Assembly (NCBI GenBank): GCA_949358305.1
Contig: OX442314.1
Location: 24,738,001 to 24,802,000, forward strand
DNA length: 64,000 nt
Direction: 5' to 3'
Origin: Strigamia acuminata
Taxonomy: Eukaryota
Shown: positions 1 through 12,754 of the stretch, piece after piece
Numbering within the stretch: the first letter of the stretch is position 1
Layout of the letters: every line of letters begins with the position of its first letter
The notes under the pieces: generated by a model
Database searches by the model: none
Told to the model about the DNA's origin: nothing
The model's input: the letters and a program-made list of their open reading frames with translations, nothing else
Made by a program: the position numbers and the translations under genes

Positions 1-742
1 ACGCATTCGAAAAGTCATCCAGTCTCGTATATCTTCTTTAAATAACTAGTCTAGACTCTTATTTTAGTTGGCCTTTTAAAGTTTGTCTAAAAGCTTTTTT
101 AACTGCAATAAATCTGGAAAGCGTGTTTAAAAATTGATAAAAATCTTTTAGGTTTAAATGGTTAAACAACACTACCGTCGAATATAACGACACCTGACGT
201 TGTATTCGAACTTTTTTTGTGAAACTTCTGAAAAATCAGATATTGATCATGTAATTTTGCAAAATAAATTTGATTCAAAATTTCAATTACAAAAATATCA
301 TTAGAAGGAGTTATTTTACTATTCAAATCATATTAACTGCAAAATAGTCATCAGACGTCACTAAAGTCACTGAATCTACAGGGTTTAAAACATTGTACAC
401 TTCCCTACTGCGCTGATTGTGGTGTAACAACACCAATGTTCCACTGATGCAGCATAAATTTCCAAGTTTCCAACACTGCCCGGCATCGCACTCGTTACTC
501 GAATAAGTTATATTCGACATTAAAACTTCCACAAACGTCATGACGTTGTATTCGAGGGAAGACAGTAGTTCTTTATTCAGAGTTAAATCTTGAGCCAATT
601 CTGGCTTAAAATAACGTGTTGACCACACTGCACTCACACAGTTGAACATGTTTTGTTGTCAAAACTTGGTACTAATCAAATCACAAAATTAAAATGTTGT
701 TTAAAAATGCTGTTTAGTCTAAATGAATTTTCGAAAGCGCCT
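1..742. mobile_element. Possible TIR element cut by the window edge
   Basis: Right end TTTAGTCTAAATGAATTTTCGAAAGCGCCTA is loosely inverted to ACGCATTCGAAAAGTCAT at position 1 and recurs at ~59940-59970. Confidence 0.35.
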
Positions 743-2093
743 AGTGAAAATTTGGCATATCAAACGACATTTATTAAATTTAATTGACAGTTAAAACTTG
801 ATTTGTATTGAAATGACGTCAATAAATGCCATATCATTCGTTTGTTGATGAAATTCCAGCAGCTAATTTTACATTCTCCACATCATATTCTAACTTTAAG
901 CCAATAAATCAAACCAAATAAATTAATCAAATAATTTCTACGGTAAATAAATGAGAAAATTTATTAAAAATTTTGAATTCTATGTTCAGAAATTTGGATT
1001 GCTCGTTTCCCCTTCAACCTTAATAAAACATCCCATCCACCGCAGTAACTAAATTCTAGCCTAATTCCAAGATAACAGAATTAAACCACTATTCCACGTT
1101 TACTTGGGCGAAATATTCATCATAGTTTAAATCAAGAAAGTTCCAAAAATTGCTAGAAATTTGCAAAAATAAAAAAATAAAATTTTTCCTGTAAGTAAAC
1201 GTGATTATTTTCAACTTACCTATTTTTCCACGAAAAATATGCATTTCTATTTATAGAAAATTAAAACCACCTCGTTTATAATGTTTCACATCATGCACCA
1301 TCGAGTTTGCATTTTCCAAGAAGATTTCGCAAATTTTGCAAAGAAATTTAATGGTAAAAATATTGAAAATGAGCAGCCCGAGAGCTGCTCGTTATTGTAC
1401 AAAATGAAGGACCAAAGCAGCCCCGATTTGTTTAATCGCATGGTAAATATTAGTAAAATTCTTTTTACACTGCTTGAAAACTTAGGCGGTCGTTCCGAGC
1501 GCTTGTTGTCAACTTCTTGACATTTAAACATTAAAAAGGTACATGTTTGATAAGTTCTGAATACCTTTATAATATTTATAACACGATACTATATTATAAT
1601 AAAAGAAAAAAATCTTTACCAAGCATCAACATTAAACCCTTGAATGATTAATTGCAAACTCAGTATTTTATTAATTGAAAATTCCACACTAAGAAGAAAC
1701 GTGTCGTTTCTTATACCATTTTTTTTCTTAAAAAAAAAGACAAAAAATGTAAGAAAAAAAAATAGTAATTAATTTTTCAATTCAGTAACAAAACAATTCT
1801 CGTAGAAAAATATAAATCGAAACAATTAGTCACCTCCATTTTTTGATAAATGTATTCTTATCATCATTTAATACCCGCCCCATTCCCCACCAAAAATAAA
1901 AAAAATAAAAACATACATTTTAAATAATAAAAAAAAAACAATTAATTAATAATTTATCACAAATCCAAACACAAAAGTGTATACACACACACATTTCGAT
2001 TCACCACTTTGAGTTCCCACTTGGTGGGAAAAGCACGTGCTGTTGGCGTATAGAAAGTATCACAAAAGCGCCTAATTGAGACATTGTACACCC

Positions 2094-4207
2094 TCAATAG
2101 TGTGCAGCACGTGATCGCTTCTTCGTGGCTGCTCTGGCGCACTTTTTCGCCACGACCATCAAACACACAGTCAAGAGAAAGCCCCCGCCACCCCCAACGG
2201 CCAACACGAGCCAATTCATACCGAGAGGATGCGCCCCACATAAACCAGCGTCCTCGTCTGTGGACAAGTTCAACGGGCAGTTTCTCACCCCATTGCAGAC
2301 CAAATCCTGAGAAATGCACACATTGGATCCGGGGCACAGAAACGAGCAGGGTGCACTCACGCCAAGTTTGAAGAAAAATTCCCTCTCACTTTGGCGCACC
2401 ACCTGCGTGATGACCAATTTGAAGCGCGTATCCGACTCGACGCTCGTGCGCAATTCGACCAGAAATTTGTTTGCCGCTATGCTCGACGAATCGATAAGAG
2501 GTAAATCCACCATGGGTTCGTCTCCACACACCGTGAACAGCGCGTCGCTCGTGTAATGCCACCCGGACGGAGGAAGTCGAACGTCGATCCGATATGCACT
2601 GCAATTACTCGGCATCGTTAGATAAACGAACCACATGTAAACATCCATGTGCGGAGTCACGGGCACTGTCCAAATGCAGCGCACGTTCGCACGCGTCGTG
2701 TCCACCTCGTCCACATTTCCCACCATCGGACTCGGGTACTCCAACTCGCCCTGATTGGCGATCTCCACCAACCCGGGTCCGCATTCGGGCCCGTGGAAAA
2801 ACTCGTACGTGCCTCGGAACGCCTGGATCTTGCGCTCCGACTTGTCCGAATCGGACGAATTCATTTGATAATAAAAACTCAAGTCCAGATCAGGTCCCGC
2901 GGATGTGAAAGTGAGGCTGAGGGGGTCGAAGAGCGAGCTGTTGCAGAGGCAGATGGAGCCGGTGCTGTCGCGCGACGACTCCTGGATCACCATTTTGTCC
3001 ACGTGGTCCGTCAGACACACCTCGCACGTCCGGTTGCCGTTGGTGAAGTGCAGCGACGAGAAAGTGACCAAAACTCGCTCCGACAGGAACGAGTCGGCGC
3101 GAAATGCGTAGTGGCAGTTGAGGCTCGACCTGTGTCGCAGCACTAAAGGGTTCAACGGCGACCCGAACGCGCCGGTCCACGACTTGCTGCTGCGAAAGAT
3201 CTCATCGCACAACGTGTTCGCTACAGGCTCGCCATGTTGGTACGAATCGTAGAAGTCGAACTGCACCCAAAAGTCGAGCGACGAACCCGCGTACGATCCG
3301 ATCGTGCTCTTAAACTGCACCAACATGTTCGAACCGGAAGACACAAACTCGGCGCTCTCCTCCACGACCGCGCCCCACGTGTCGCAGAAGATGGCCAACA
3401 CCTTCTTCTCGTCGGGCACCTCGGAATCGTACACGGCGAGCGATTCGGCGCAGTCGTACGCGGTCGCAATCGCGTGCTTGGGCCGATGGACGCGAAAACT
3501 CTTGAAGTAAAGTCGGATGATTTGCTCCGGTTCCGCTCTGATTAAAAAGTCGCAATTGGTGTTCGGCGTGTACCAAGTGGCGAGCGAATAAAACCGACGC
3601 TCGTGCTCCGATAGGTCGTCCCGACTGTCGAAAACCGAGCTGCACGACCCATTTATCTTGGCCGCACCTGGTCCCACCCATTTCGGGTTGGGGCCCAAGT
3701 TGAAATGGAACCCCGTGTTGAGCATCGGCCCTGCGCGGGTGGAAACGAACATGACCAAAAGCCGATTGCCGGAGCCGGTGATGGCGTACGGGAAGCGACC
3801 GGAGCCGCAAAACGTGCCGATCACGGGGCTGTTCTCGGTCCAGCCGTCGTAGATGCGTAAATAATCACCGGGGCAGTTGTTGGTGATGGGTCTTAAGGGG
3901 CATACTATCATGTCCGCGCACTGCTGACCGTCGATACTGAGCACTTCGTTCTCTAAGTACGGGTTAATGTAGACACTTTGAGTGTGTAGGAAATATCGAC
4001 ATCGCAAGTCGCGTGGGTAAATTCCGGGGTATCCAGGGGATTGGACGTAGCAGGTGCCGAGTCTACAGTCGTGGAAAATGCGGTCGCAAAAGGTGCCACT
4101 AACCAGTTTGCCGCGACGATCCGGGTATAAAATCGGGTTGGGGCCGTGGCGTGCGTACAATTCGAATTGCTGCTCCACTTTGGAGTCGAACGAGAAATAT
4201 GTGTCTT
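2094..4207 (-). CDS. Coding exon 4 (terminal): further CUB domains, LDLa repeat, transmembrane helix, short basic tail
   Basis: Acceptor TTTATTTACAG|AA GAC. CUB motifs SPGYPGIYP, DYLRIYDG..FCG, NCDFLI, FCD. LDLa-like CSFLCPGSNVCISQDLVCNGVRNCP. TM WLVLAVGGGGGFLLTVCLMVVA. Spliced CDS 2571 nt = 856 aa plus stop. Confidence 0.93.
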
Positions 4208-7095
4208 CTGTAAATAAATAAATTGCAAAATTTAAAAGGAAAAAAAAAGCAATTATAAAATCGTCAACAACGCAGGAATGAATTGAAAAAGACTAACGGG
4301 AGGCACCTGGGAATCAAACCACATGCCAAACAGAAGCAGTGCCATCTTAATCCTCGCCAATCAAACAAAGAAAAGTTTGTCTCGTCTCTCCCGATTTCGT
4401 TTGGAATTTGAGTGTTGATTTTCGTCCGCGTTGTTGATAACGTTTTCAATATATTTCAAATTTAGTTTGCTCGAAATTAATATTTTTTTTTTCTCTTTTC
4501 ATTCGCGTTATTTAATTCATTTTGTTGAATTTATTGCACAATTACATATTAGACTCGTTCAAAGTTGAAAATTGTGAACAAATGGCACTTTTGCGCCCCC
4601 TTTTAAGCACTTGCGAAAATGGAATAAATTGTAAATGTGTTGTTACATAATTTAAAATTGTATATTATGATTTTTCAATCCCATGTGAAACATTACAGCT
4701 ATTATCTTATAACTAGCTACTAAAAGGATTTTCAATATACGAGAAGGGAACAGTCGTGTGTGATTTCAATTAAATGCACTCGGTTAGAAACCACGACCGA
4801 TTGAGTATGTTGTCACTTTATGATGATGTTTCATCTAAAGGAAGGCCAACGCACTAGGCGCATTCAAAGTTTCCGTTCTCTCCGGTTTTCTTATGAATGT
4901 ATGTCCCTCTCTAGTCCACACAACACAACTTCAATCACACCCACTGGCCTTATTCTCTTCCATCTCTGGTTATTGCATTACTCTCTTAAAGCTCTATCAT
5001 TCTATAGTGTTTTTAGTGTTTTTGCTGTTACATACAGCAAAAACCGAATATAAAAACACAAGGCACATTCACAAATGCATGTTTAACTTGCAATTAAACC
5101 TGTTTTGTTGTTTACATGTCGTGCGCACGTCCACTGCGACTGCGGACTCTCAAGAATGTATTATTGTCTCGCTCCACCCAAGGAAAACAAGGGGAAAAAA
5201 AATCCAATCAATTATAACTTCTCAATAAATTTTCAATTACGAGTTGAAAAGCGCTTGTTTTGGCACACGCATTTATTAATCATCATTGTAAATGACACTT
5301 TCCAATAAATCAATTCAATATTTATATCTCAATTACCATAAACTTTAAATGAAGTAAATTCCCTAAAACTTCTGAGCAAAGTGTATTAAATCCTGATGCA
5401 ATTGCGCAAGTTCTTCGCATTAAATTTTGTTTGAAGTCTGCATACAAGACGCTCTAAACTCTAAGCGACTTGTCAACGCATATACATTCATAATGTATGC
5501 CGCATCATACTTCCTAAACAACTTTTACCAAGACTTCTCGCTTTTATCTGTACACCTTCAGCTTTTAAAACTAAAATTCTAAAAAAAAAAAAAAAATTTT
5601 TTTTTTTTTTAAAAATATGCTTACGTGCACAAAGTGTTGCATTTTCTTGCAAGCATTCACGACATAAAGATATATACTACAAGTTAAGTTTGAAATCAAT
5701 TTGTCTCGAGAGAGTCGTATGTGTAACCATGCTTACTGCTTCTATAAAGAAAGCCTGCACTTAAACATGAGAAAAGTGTACTTCTTGATAATCTGTTTCA
5801 AGTAAATTTTCCATTGGAGTGACAGAAAAACGTTTCTTGCCGTGGCAAGACACGACTTGTTCCTTCCTTTTGTTGCAGCTCTAATTGTATACATAAATCA
5901 TTTACACATATCAAACAACATATTATTATAATGGAACGTGACAAGACAAACAAAACAAGACGTAAATTCGTGTAAAAAGAAAGTAAAGAACAACTAAAAA
6001 GAAGAGAACACTTATTCATTCCAATTCCCCAACACATCCCGTTGTTATGTCGCTTGCTAATTGTCACTTTTATTACCCAAAAAAAATATCGATATTTCAC
6101 ATTTCGCATTTCAAACTTGCGGTTTTCAAAAGTTTTGGTCGAAAACCTTAAAAACCTCCACCAATATCTTCACAAAAATTCTAAAAAAAAAAAAATCAAT
6201 AAATACATACTAAGTTTCTGTTTCAGTGTTTTTTTTTCCGTGTTTTTATAAACAGCAAAAACAAATTTTTGGCCTGTTTGTATTTTTTGGGTCTCATGCT
6301 CGGTCTTGCAAGTAAATGGCGATTAAAACTCCCATCATTTTAATCCACTAACGAATTTTGGCTTTCTTGTATCAGCACAATTAGGCCTATGTCTTTATTC
6401 ACGTTTTAGGAGGTGCATGCATCACTTGAAACGAGAGTTGACCCGTCGATCAGCCATTTTGAATTTGGTTGTAAAAACCAAAACCCGACATAAACCATTT
6501 CGAAAAAATCATCCTTTTCGTTTTTCAGGTTTTTGTTGATGTTTTTTGGCTGTTTTTAAAGCCCATTCCGTGTATAGAAGCCCCACAAACGGTAAAAACA
6601 GAAACTTTAAACGACCTAAAATATTTTTTATCCAAAACCATCAGAGAAAAACAAATTCAAAATATTTCACCACGCCATTCCTCTGGGTAATTCCGCAAGC
6701 ATTGAGGCAACCAAAAAACGAGCACTACACCGCAAAAGCCTTTACATATATTTAAAAAAAGCTCTTATTAAAACCTCACGACATAATAAAAGCATTTTCT
6801 TCCACGTAAATAATTGAGCAGCAAAAAGCAGATTAATTATTTGCACTAAATTACCACTTGATCCATCAAAAACTGCACGTGCCCTCAAATCAACATGACA
6901 AAGAGCTTTAAACGCTCTTTGAAAACGAACAAAGCAACCAAACAAGTTGCTCTGCATCTAAGCATCTTAGCCGTACGTTGCTTTACTCTTCGCAAATTTG
7001 TTTTCCTCGAAAAGCAAACAACAAAGAGTGGAAAACTTTCAAGTTTGAACGAGCCTTTTACCACGACGAATAGATAAACCTCGAGTTTTCATCAC

Positions 7096-7298
7096 CTGAG
7101 AAAATCTTGGCGAAGAATGTCACTTTGACGAAGCTTGTTTCGGATACGTAAGTCTGGTGCCGATCCAATTCCCCGCAAAAATAACCTGGAGCTTTCCGGT
7201 TTGACACTGTGCTACCATCAAAACCGTCGATAATTTGCACGTACCCATCCGCACACGTAGTTGCGTTCACCAGTTGGCCAATCTTCAATCGATAAAAC
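7096..7298 (-). CDS. Coding exon 3, middle of first CUB domain
   Basis: Acceptor CTTCTTTCTCAG|, donor TCAG|GTGATG. Reads FYRLKIGQLVNATTCADGYVQIIDG...GYFCGELDRHQTYVSETSFVKVTF (CUB C..GYVQI.DG...FCG motif). 203 nt, phase 2 in, phase 1 out. Confidence 0.9.
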
Positions 7299-7602
7299 CT
7301 GAGAAAGAAGATAAACGAAAAATGAAATTAAATGAAAATATTATTCAACAAGTCGAGATTATTGTGCACAAATTTGTTGATTTTTATTTTCGTATTGTTT
7401 GTCGATTAGGTAATTGAGGAAAATGAAAATAAATAGAAAACAAAAACATTTTTGCAGCTTTATTTACAGTCAATTTAGTGTGGAGTTGTGCAAGTCATTC
7501 TCCTTCAATTCAGTGTTGATTTTCGCTATATTTACCCATCTCTTGTTTTGTCGTTTGGAATTTTCAAAGCTCTGGAATTTCTAATTTAGATAACGGAACA
7601 AG

Positions 7603-7634
<32 letters not shown>

Positions 7635-8039
7635 GTAATTATTATTGCTTTTTTTCTATCATAAAAATTAGAATTGCTTCTCGTGTGTACAGTTTATCTG
7701 ATCGGGGAGCATTGCAGCAAAGCGAGCCTACGTCGCCAATTGATTCCATTTATTTGCTCCCCAATGTTTCAAAGCAAGTATTCCTGGTATTATTTTCCTC
7801 ATTGGTACCTGGAAAACTAATTAAATCTAAAGTTCTTTTCGCGCTAACTTTAATTTCAGTTAGAGAAAAGCATAAACAACTTCGATTTCGTCTCAAATGT
7901 AAGTCAAACTGTTTTTACCAATATTCAGAAGCGGATTACACATACAAACCATCATGAGCCCCTAAAAAAAAAACGATATTAATTTTTCTGTGCGCTAATT
8001 AGTTTTTTCACTCAAAAAATAATTTTTTTGCTCAAATGG

Positions 8040-8335
8040 TTCAATTTATTACCTAAAATGTCGAAAATATCTAAAAATTAAACTTTTGCGTCTAAAATAG
8101 TCCAATTTATTGTCTAAAATGTCTAAAAATTAAATTTTTGTGACTAAAATGTCTAAAAAATTAAATTTTTGTGACTAAAATGTCTAAAAATTAAATTTTG
8201 TGACTAAAACATCTAAAAATTAAACATCTGTGACTAAAATGTCTAAAAAATTAAACATTTTGTGACTAAAATATGTAAAAATTAAAATGTTATGTCTGAA
8301 ATGTCTAAAAAGTAAACTTTTGCGTCTAAAATTTG
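8040..8335. repeat. Minisatellite, ~30-31 bp unit
   Basis: Tandem AAAAATTAAATTTTTGTGACTAAAATGTCT. Confidence 0.9.
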
Positions 8336-9773
8336 CATTTTTTAAATTTAAAACACTTTATTTTGCAGATAAACGCATTTTTTTCACTTAGAAAGTGCAT
8401 TTTTTGACCCGGACCGATCACGAGGCTTTCAAGATGTCCGTGCGTGGGCCCTGGAGGATATTACTCCGTCGCTGTGAAGCTAGGTGTACACAGAACATAT
8501 CTCAACATTGATTTATGTCTAGAATTACGAGAATTCCTTTCGGAAAATTTGTTTGGCAAGGATGTCCATATTTCCAGTTCCACTTTTCCTGTTTGCTCAA
8601 TATGAATATATGGATACGACCATATGTTACTTGCTATTGTCAACATTAAAAACAAGCCGGCGATTTTTTATTTTTATCTCTTTCTCTTGTGAACCGAACC
8701 GAGTCAAAAAGACTTGGCATTACATTTTCTCGATGACCCGTTAAATCATTCGCAGAATTCCTCCATTTTAATCTATCATAATGAAACTATTCCAAGCAAA
8801 TAAACACTTTCCTTAGGAAACGAATAACTCGAGTTTATTAACGATCTGACGATGATATGCGGGTCGAAAAGATTAATTCCTTCCTAATTTAAATAAATAC
8901 AATCGAATTTGCATGTTTAATAAGCATAAAACCTTGCTTTATCACACCTTTTCAGCACCAATTATAAGATGATATTTCATTTTCCTGTCAAAGACTTTAA
9001 ACCGACCATTTTATTTCCCGAGAGGACCGAAAGCTTTAAGTACTTTTCGATTGTTAAATAGCGCAGTGCTCAACGGATTACAACGACGCATAAGAAATCA
9101 CATTTGAATAATTTAAGACCTATTCTTGGTTCTTGGTAGTATTTCATTCCATTGCACAAGTAAATAACGCTTTTTATGTTCTTGTTTCAGAAGTTAAAAG
9201 CCAAAATGTGTGAACATAAAAACTCTTTAGATTAGTGCAAAACAATGTCCCTTAATGCGCAATTGTTGTGTACAAAAGTGCACTTTTTAAGTGCAAATGT
9301 GCACCCAAAGTGCCACTTCACACCATCAACTTAAGGTGTGCACCCCAAAACAACCACAAGTTGATTTTTTTCTTCTTTTTTTATCCGAATTTTTAATTTA
9401 GTCATCGTGTTTTTAATTCATACTGACGAATCCCAATACGCCTTCAAAGTAATAATTTAATACAAATCTGATTTTAAGTATCGCAGCTACTTAAAATTTA
9501 GAGGAGATGTTTTTATCTTTTATTTATTTTATGTTTTCTAAAAAAAACTTTTACTTTTTTTACCAGCCGTCTTAAACGCGCATTTTTAGACCATTAGTAC
9601 CGTTAAAGCTCACCAGATGGCGTTCACCACAGTGAGGTAATCGACCGAGCTATTAAGACTCAATGGGGGGAAACAAAGTGATACAGCTCATAGAAGTTAG
9701 TTCTTCTAAAGCACTCAAACTGTGTATGGTTTGGCTGAACCCAGTTTGTCTTCTGAAACGACTAATAAAGTGT

Positions 9774-10155
9774 TAAAGTAGGTTCACACTTTGCGCAAGA
9801 AAACTGACGCAACGCAAGCTGCTTGCGTTCAAAAATTCTTGACGTTAACGCCAATTCCTGCTTCAACTCCAAGTTGAAGTAAGTGACGCAACGCAAGGAA
9901 AGGTCTTGCGGCCAACCAATCAAGATCGACTCCAACTCTCGTCGATTCATGTCTGGTTGGCCACGTGCAAACAGGCCGCTAATTTCGGATTCTGGATCCA
10001 ATTCCAGATTTCATTGAAACTATCTGATCGGCCAGACGCAAGATCAATTGTTTCAGCTCTGTTCACATGTGTGAACAGACTCTGCGTTGCGTTTGAGTAA
10101 TATTTCTTTGCGTTGCGTCGCCCCTAATGTGAACACAAGTGTGAACCTAGCTTTA
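9774..10155. mobile_element. MITE family C copy 1 (Harbinger-like)
   Basis: TAAAG(C)TAGGTTCACAC...GTGTGAACCTAGCTTTA termini. Interior homologous to the 25515 and 59392 copies. Confidence 0.8.
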
Positions 10156-10246
10156 TCCATCCTTAACTTAGTTATTATTTGTTATATTTTGTATGATTTA
10201 TAATTATTACCATTTCATTGCTAGAATTAAGACAATAGATTATATA

Positions 10247-10672
10247 TACTCGAGTTGCAGTCAAAAAGGCACTTTACAAGGTGTAGTCCCATTGGTCGAG
10301 CCAGTTTACTACTAACTCCAGACTGTATACTACTACTACGAGAAGTAGTTTTGATTGTTATTTATTGTTGTGATTGTTATGACTAGTTTAGTTAATGTTA
10401 TTTTGATTTTATTTAATAAAAAATGTTATTTCCATCATTAAAATAAAGTTTTACACATTAAAAAATGTCAAACTCATGTTTGTTGTGTTTATTAGTTACT
10501 TCGTCTGGAAGTTTGAATTTTAGGCCGTTGCCTAGGCAATCGATTGCAATGTCTGTACATTGTAATGCAATTCTGGTGTTTGGGTCTACTTTTCCGGATC
10601 ACTACACCAGTAAACTGGCTCGACCAATGGGACTACACCTTGTAAAGTGCCTTTTTGACTGCAACTCGAGTA
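10247..10672. mobile_element. MITE family A copy 1 (TA TSD, Tc1/mariner-type)
   Basis: Perfect 64-bp TIR TACTCGAGTTGCAGTCAAAAAGG...CCAGTTTACT, TA flanks on both sides. Confidence 0.9.
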
Positions 10673-12619
10673 TAGCTCACAAATCATGTAATCTTATATT
10701 TTGTACGGTTTATTCTTAAACCGGATATCTGGTTTGTATAACCAGATTTCCGACTCTATAAATTAATAAAGAATATTCATTTATATTTAAGACACAGTCA
10801 TTCTAGTTCATTTGTTAATTAGATTCGTTCATTCCCCGAACCACGTAACAGTATATTCATTTTTTTTTTTTTTAATCTTGAAGCTCTAACAAGACATTCA
10901 GTTCTTGCATTTTCCAGTCGCGAGAGAAATGAGCCCAACATCAAAGGTTCCGACTAATCTGTATCTAGTATTTGTACTTTACATACCCGAAGAGTTTTAA
11001 TGCAATTCGTTACAATGGAAAAAACCAAAATGTTTCTAAAATTTATACAAATTGCTACCTTGCAGATATTGCCACAATCAGCGCCCAAATTCCATCAACG
11101 CACACAATTGCAACAAATAATATTTTTTTATTTTCATTCAAAAATAAATTTTAAAAAAATGTTACAGTAATCATTTCCTCGTACCCAACCCACGATTTTT
11201 GACATAAACATACTGGATACTGATAAGTTAAATTTCATTCAATTGTGAAGTGCAGCAAAGCCAGCCCAAGAGACAAAAGGTATCACATAATATCCATGAC
11301 GTCTTACCACGGGCACGGCCAAATTCTTCAGTCTCTTGCATCGACGTGAGGAGATGCCTTTGGAGAAATATCTCTTGAATAGCAGCATTTGAATATTTAA
11401 TATCCTATTCATTTTTAAAAAGATACAGAAAACTTCCATTCCCATAGAAAAATCCAAGCAAATGCAATTCAAATTCTCTGTAAACAATTTTAAAAAAAAA
11501 ATTTTGCAGTCCATATTATATCCCATCTTTTTTACCCCAAAAAACCCGAATTCTACACATATTCCCGCATATATTTTCCCTTCTTTCTTTTATTTAACTT
11601 TCCTCTGTTACCTTTAAAGTCCATTAACGAACATCTGCTTACACATGACGAGTGAGAAAAGGTGCCTGCGCCAACCAAAGTAAATTGATCGTACGGTATA
11701 ATTAACTTTTTCTTAACCGCACATACAAACCACCACCAATGATTCAAACCCATTGCAAATGGAATCATTACTTTTTTCCAAACACATGTACGGTATTATT
11801 CTCCATTACGTATGAGAAAAAAAAAATTTCTGTAACAAAAACGGGGAAAATCAGCTGGCGACAGCTCCGGTTACAGTTTAAAATTTAATGCTTCCAATTC
11901 GGATTTTTTTTTTTTTTGAGTAAAAAATATAAGGGAAAGAAAAAAAGACGCGCATGTGGGTGACAAGTGCCGTGAATCACTTTTCAGAGTTGGAGAAGCC
12001 ATTTCTTTGATTTGGTTTGGGACTATTTCATCTTCTTCGCCTTATGACAAACATCAGTTAAATTTTTTTTTTTTTTTAAAAAAAAGGTAAAAGAAAAAAA
12101 AGTAAAAAGACTCGACTATAATGTTTAAAAAATGATATATCTGGCTTAAGAGGCCACGGAAATGGAGTATGATGATCATCAAAAAATGACTCTCTTCACT
12201 CCACTGCTCACGCATTCGCAAAGAAAAGTTGCAACGGAGAAAGAAATTGTTTCGAATTAAAGATGAAAGGTTTAATCATTGTTATTGTTTTATTTTGAAT
12301 TATGCGATGGGAATTTCCCTAATTACAGCTAATTTCCATTCATTTTTGGCAATTAGACAACTGATTTAAATACGCTACTGAAAGGCGCATTCAATAATAA
12401 CACGAGAATCTCGTGTAAAAACTTGTTGTTGGAGAGACTTATTATTGAATGCTCCAAAACAGTGTTAGGCGCGGTACCCCTTACTTATACCGCGGTGCAA
12501 GTACGCGGTACACGGCATAGACTCAAAAAGTACCGCGATTTTGCGGTACATCTCGCGTGAACGCGAGAAAACACGAGATTCTGGTGTTTTCTGCCGTTTT
12601 CCACTTTAATTTTAAAAAG

Positions 12620-12754
12620 TTGATGTTTACACTCATTCAAAGTGAGTACAAACATCAATAAGTTATAAAATTAATAAAATCCCATTAAAAGTTTATTATT
12701 CATAAACTTTTATTTTTTTTATTAATTTTATAACGTATTGATGTTTACACTCAC
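12620..12754. repeat. Compound AT-rich inverted repeat
   Basis: TTGATGTTTACACTCA occurs forward, inverted, then forward. 12642-12754 can fold into a ~50-bp imperfect stem. Confidence 0.75.

Noticed and set aside
1957..4228. Many overlapping short ORFs on both strands around the CUB exon
   Set aside because: Shadow ORFs caused by GC-rich codon usage of the real exon.
8846..8875. CTGACGA...GTCGAAA hammerhead-like core
   Set aside because: Helix II is weak and no helix I or III pairing could be found.
9762..10001. Similar small ORFs recurring at 25491 and 59356 (and 10465 / 58269)
   Set aside because: They are MITE copies with frame differences, not a gene family.
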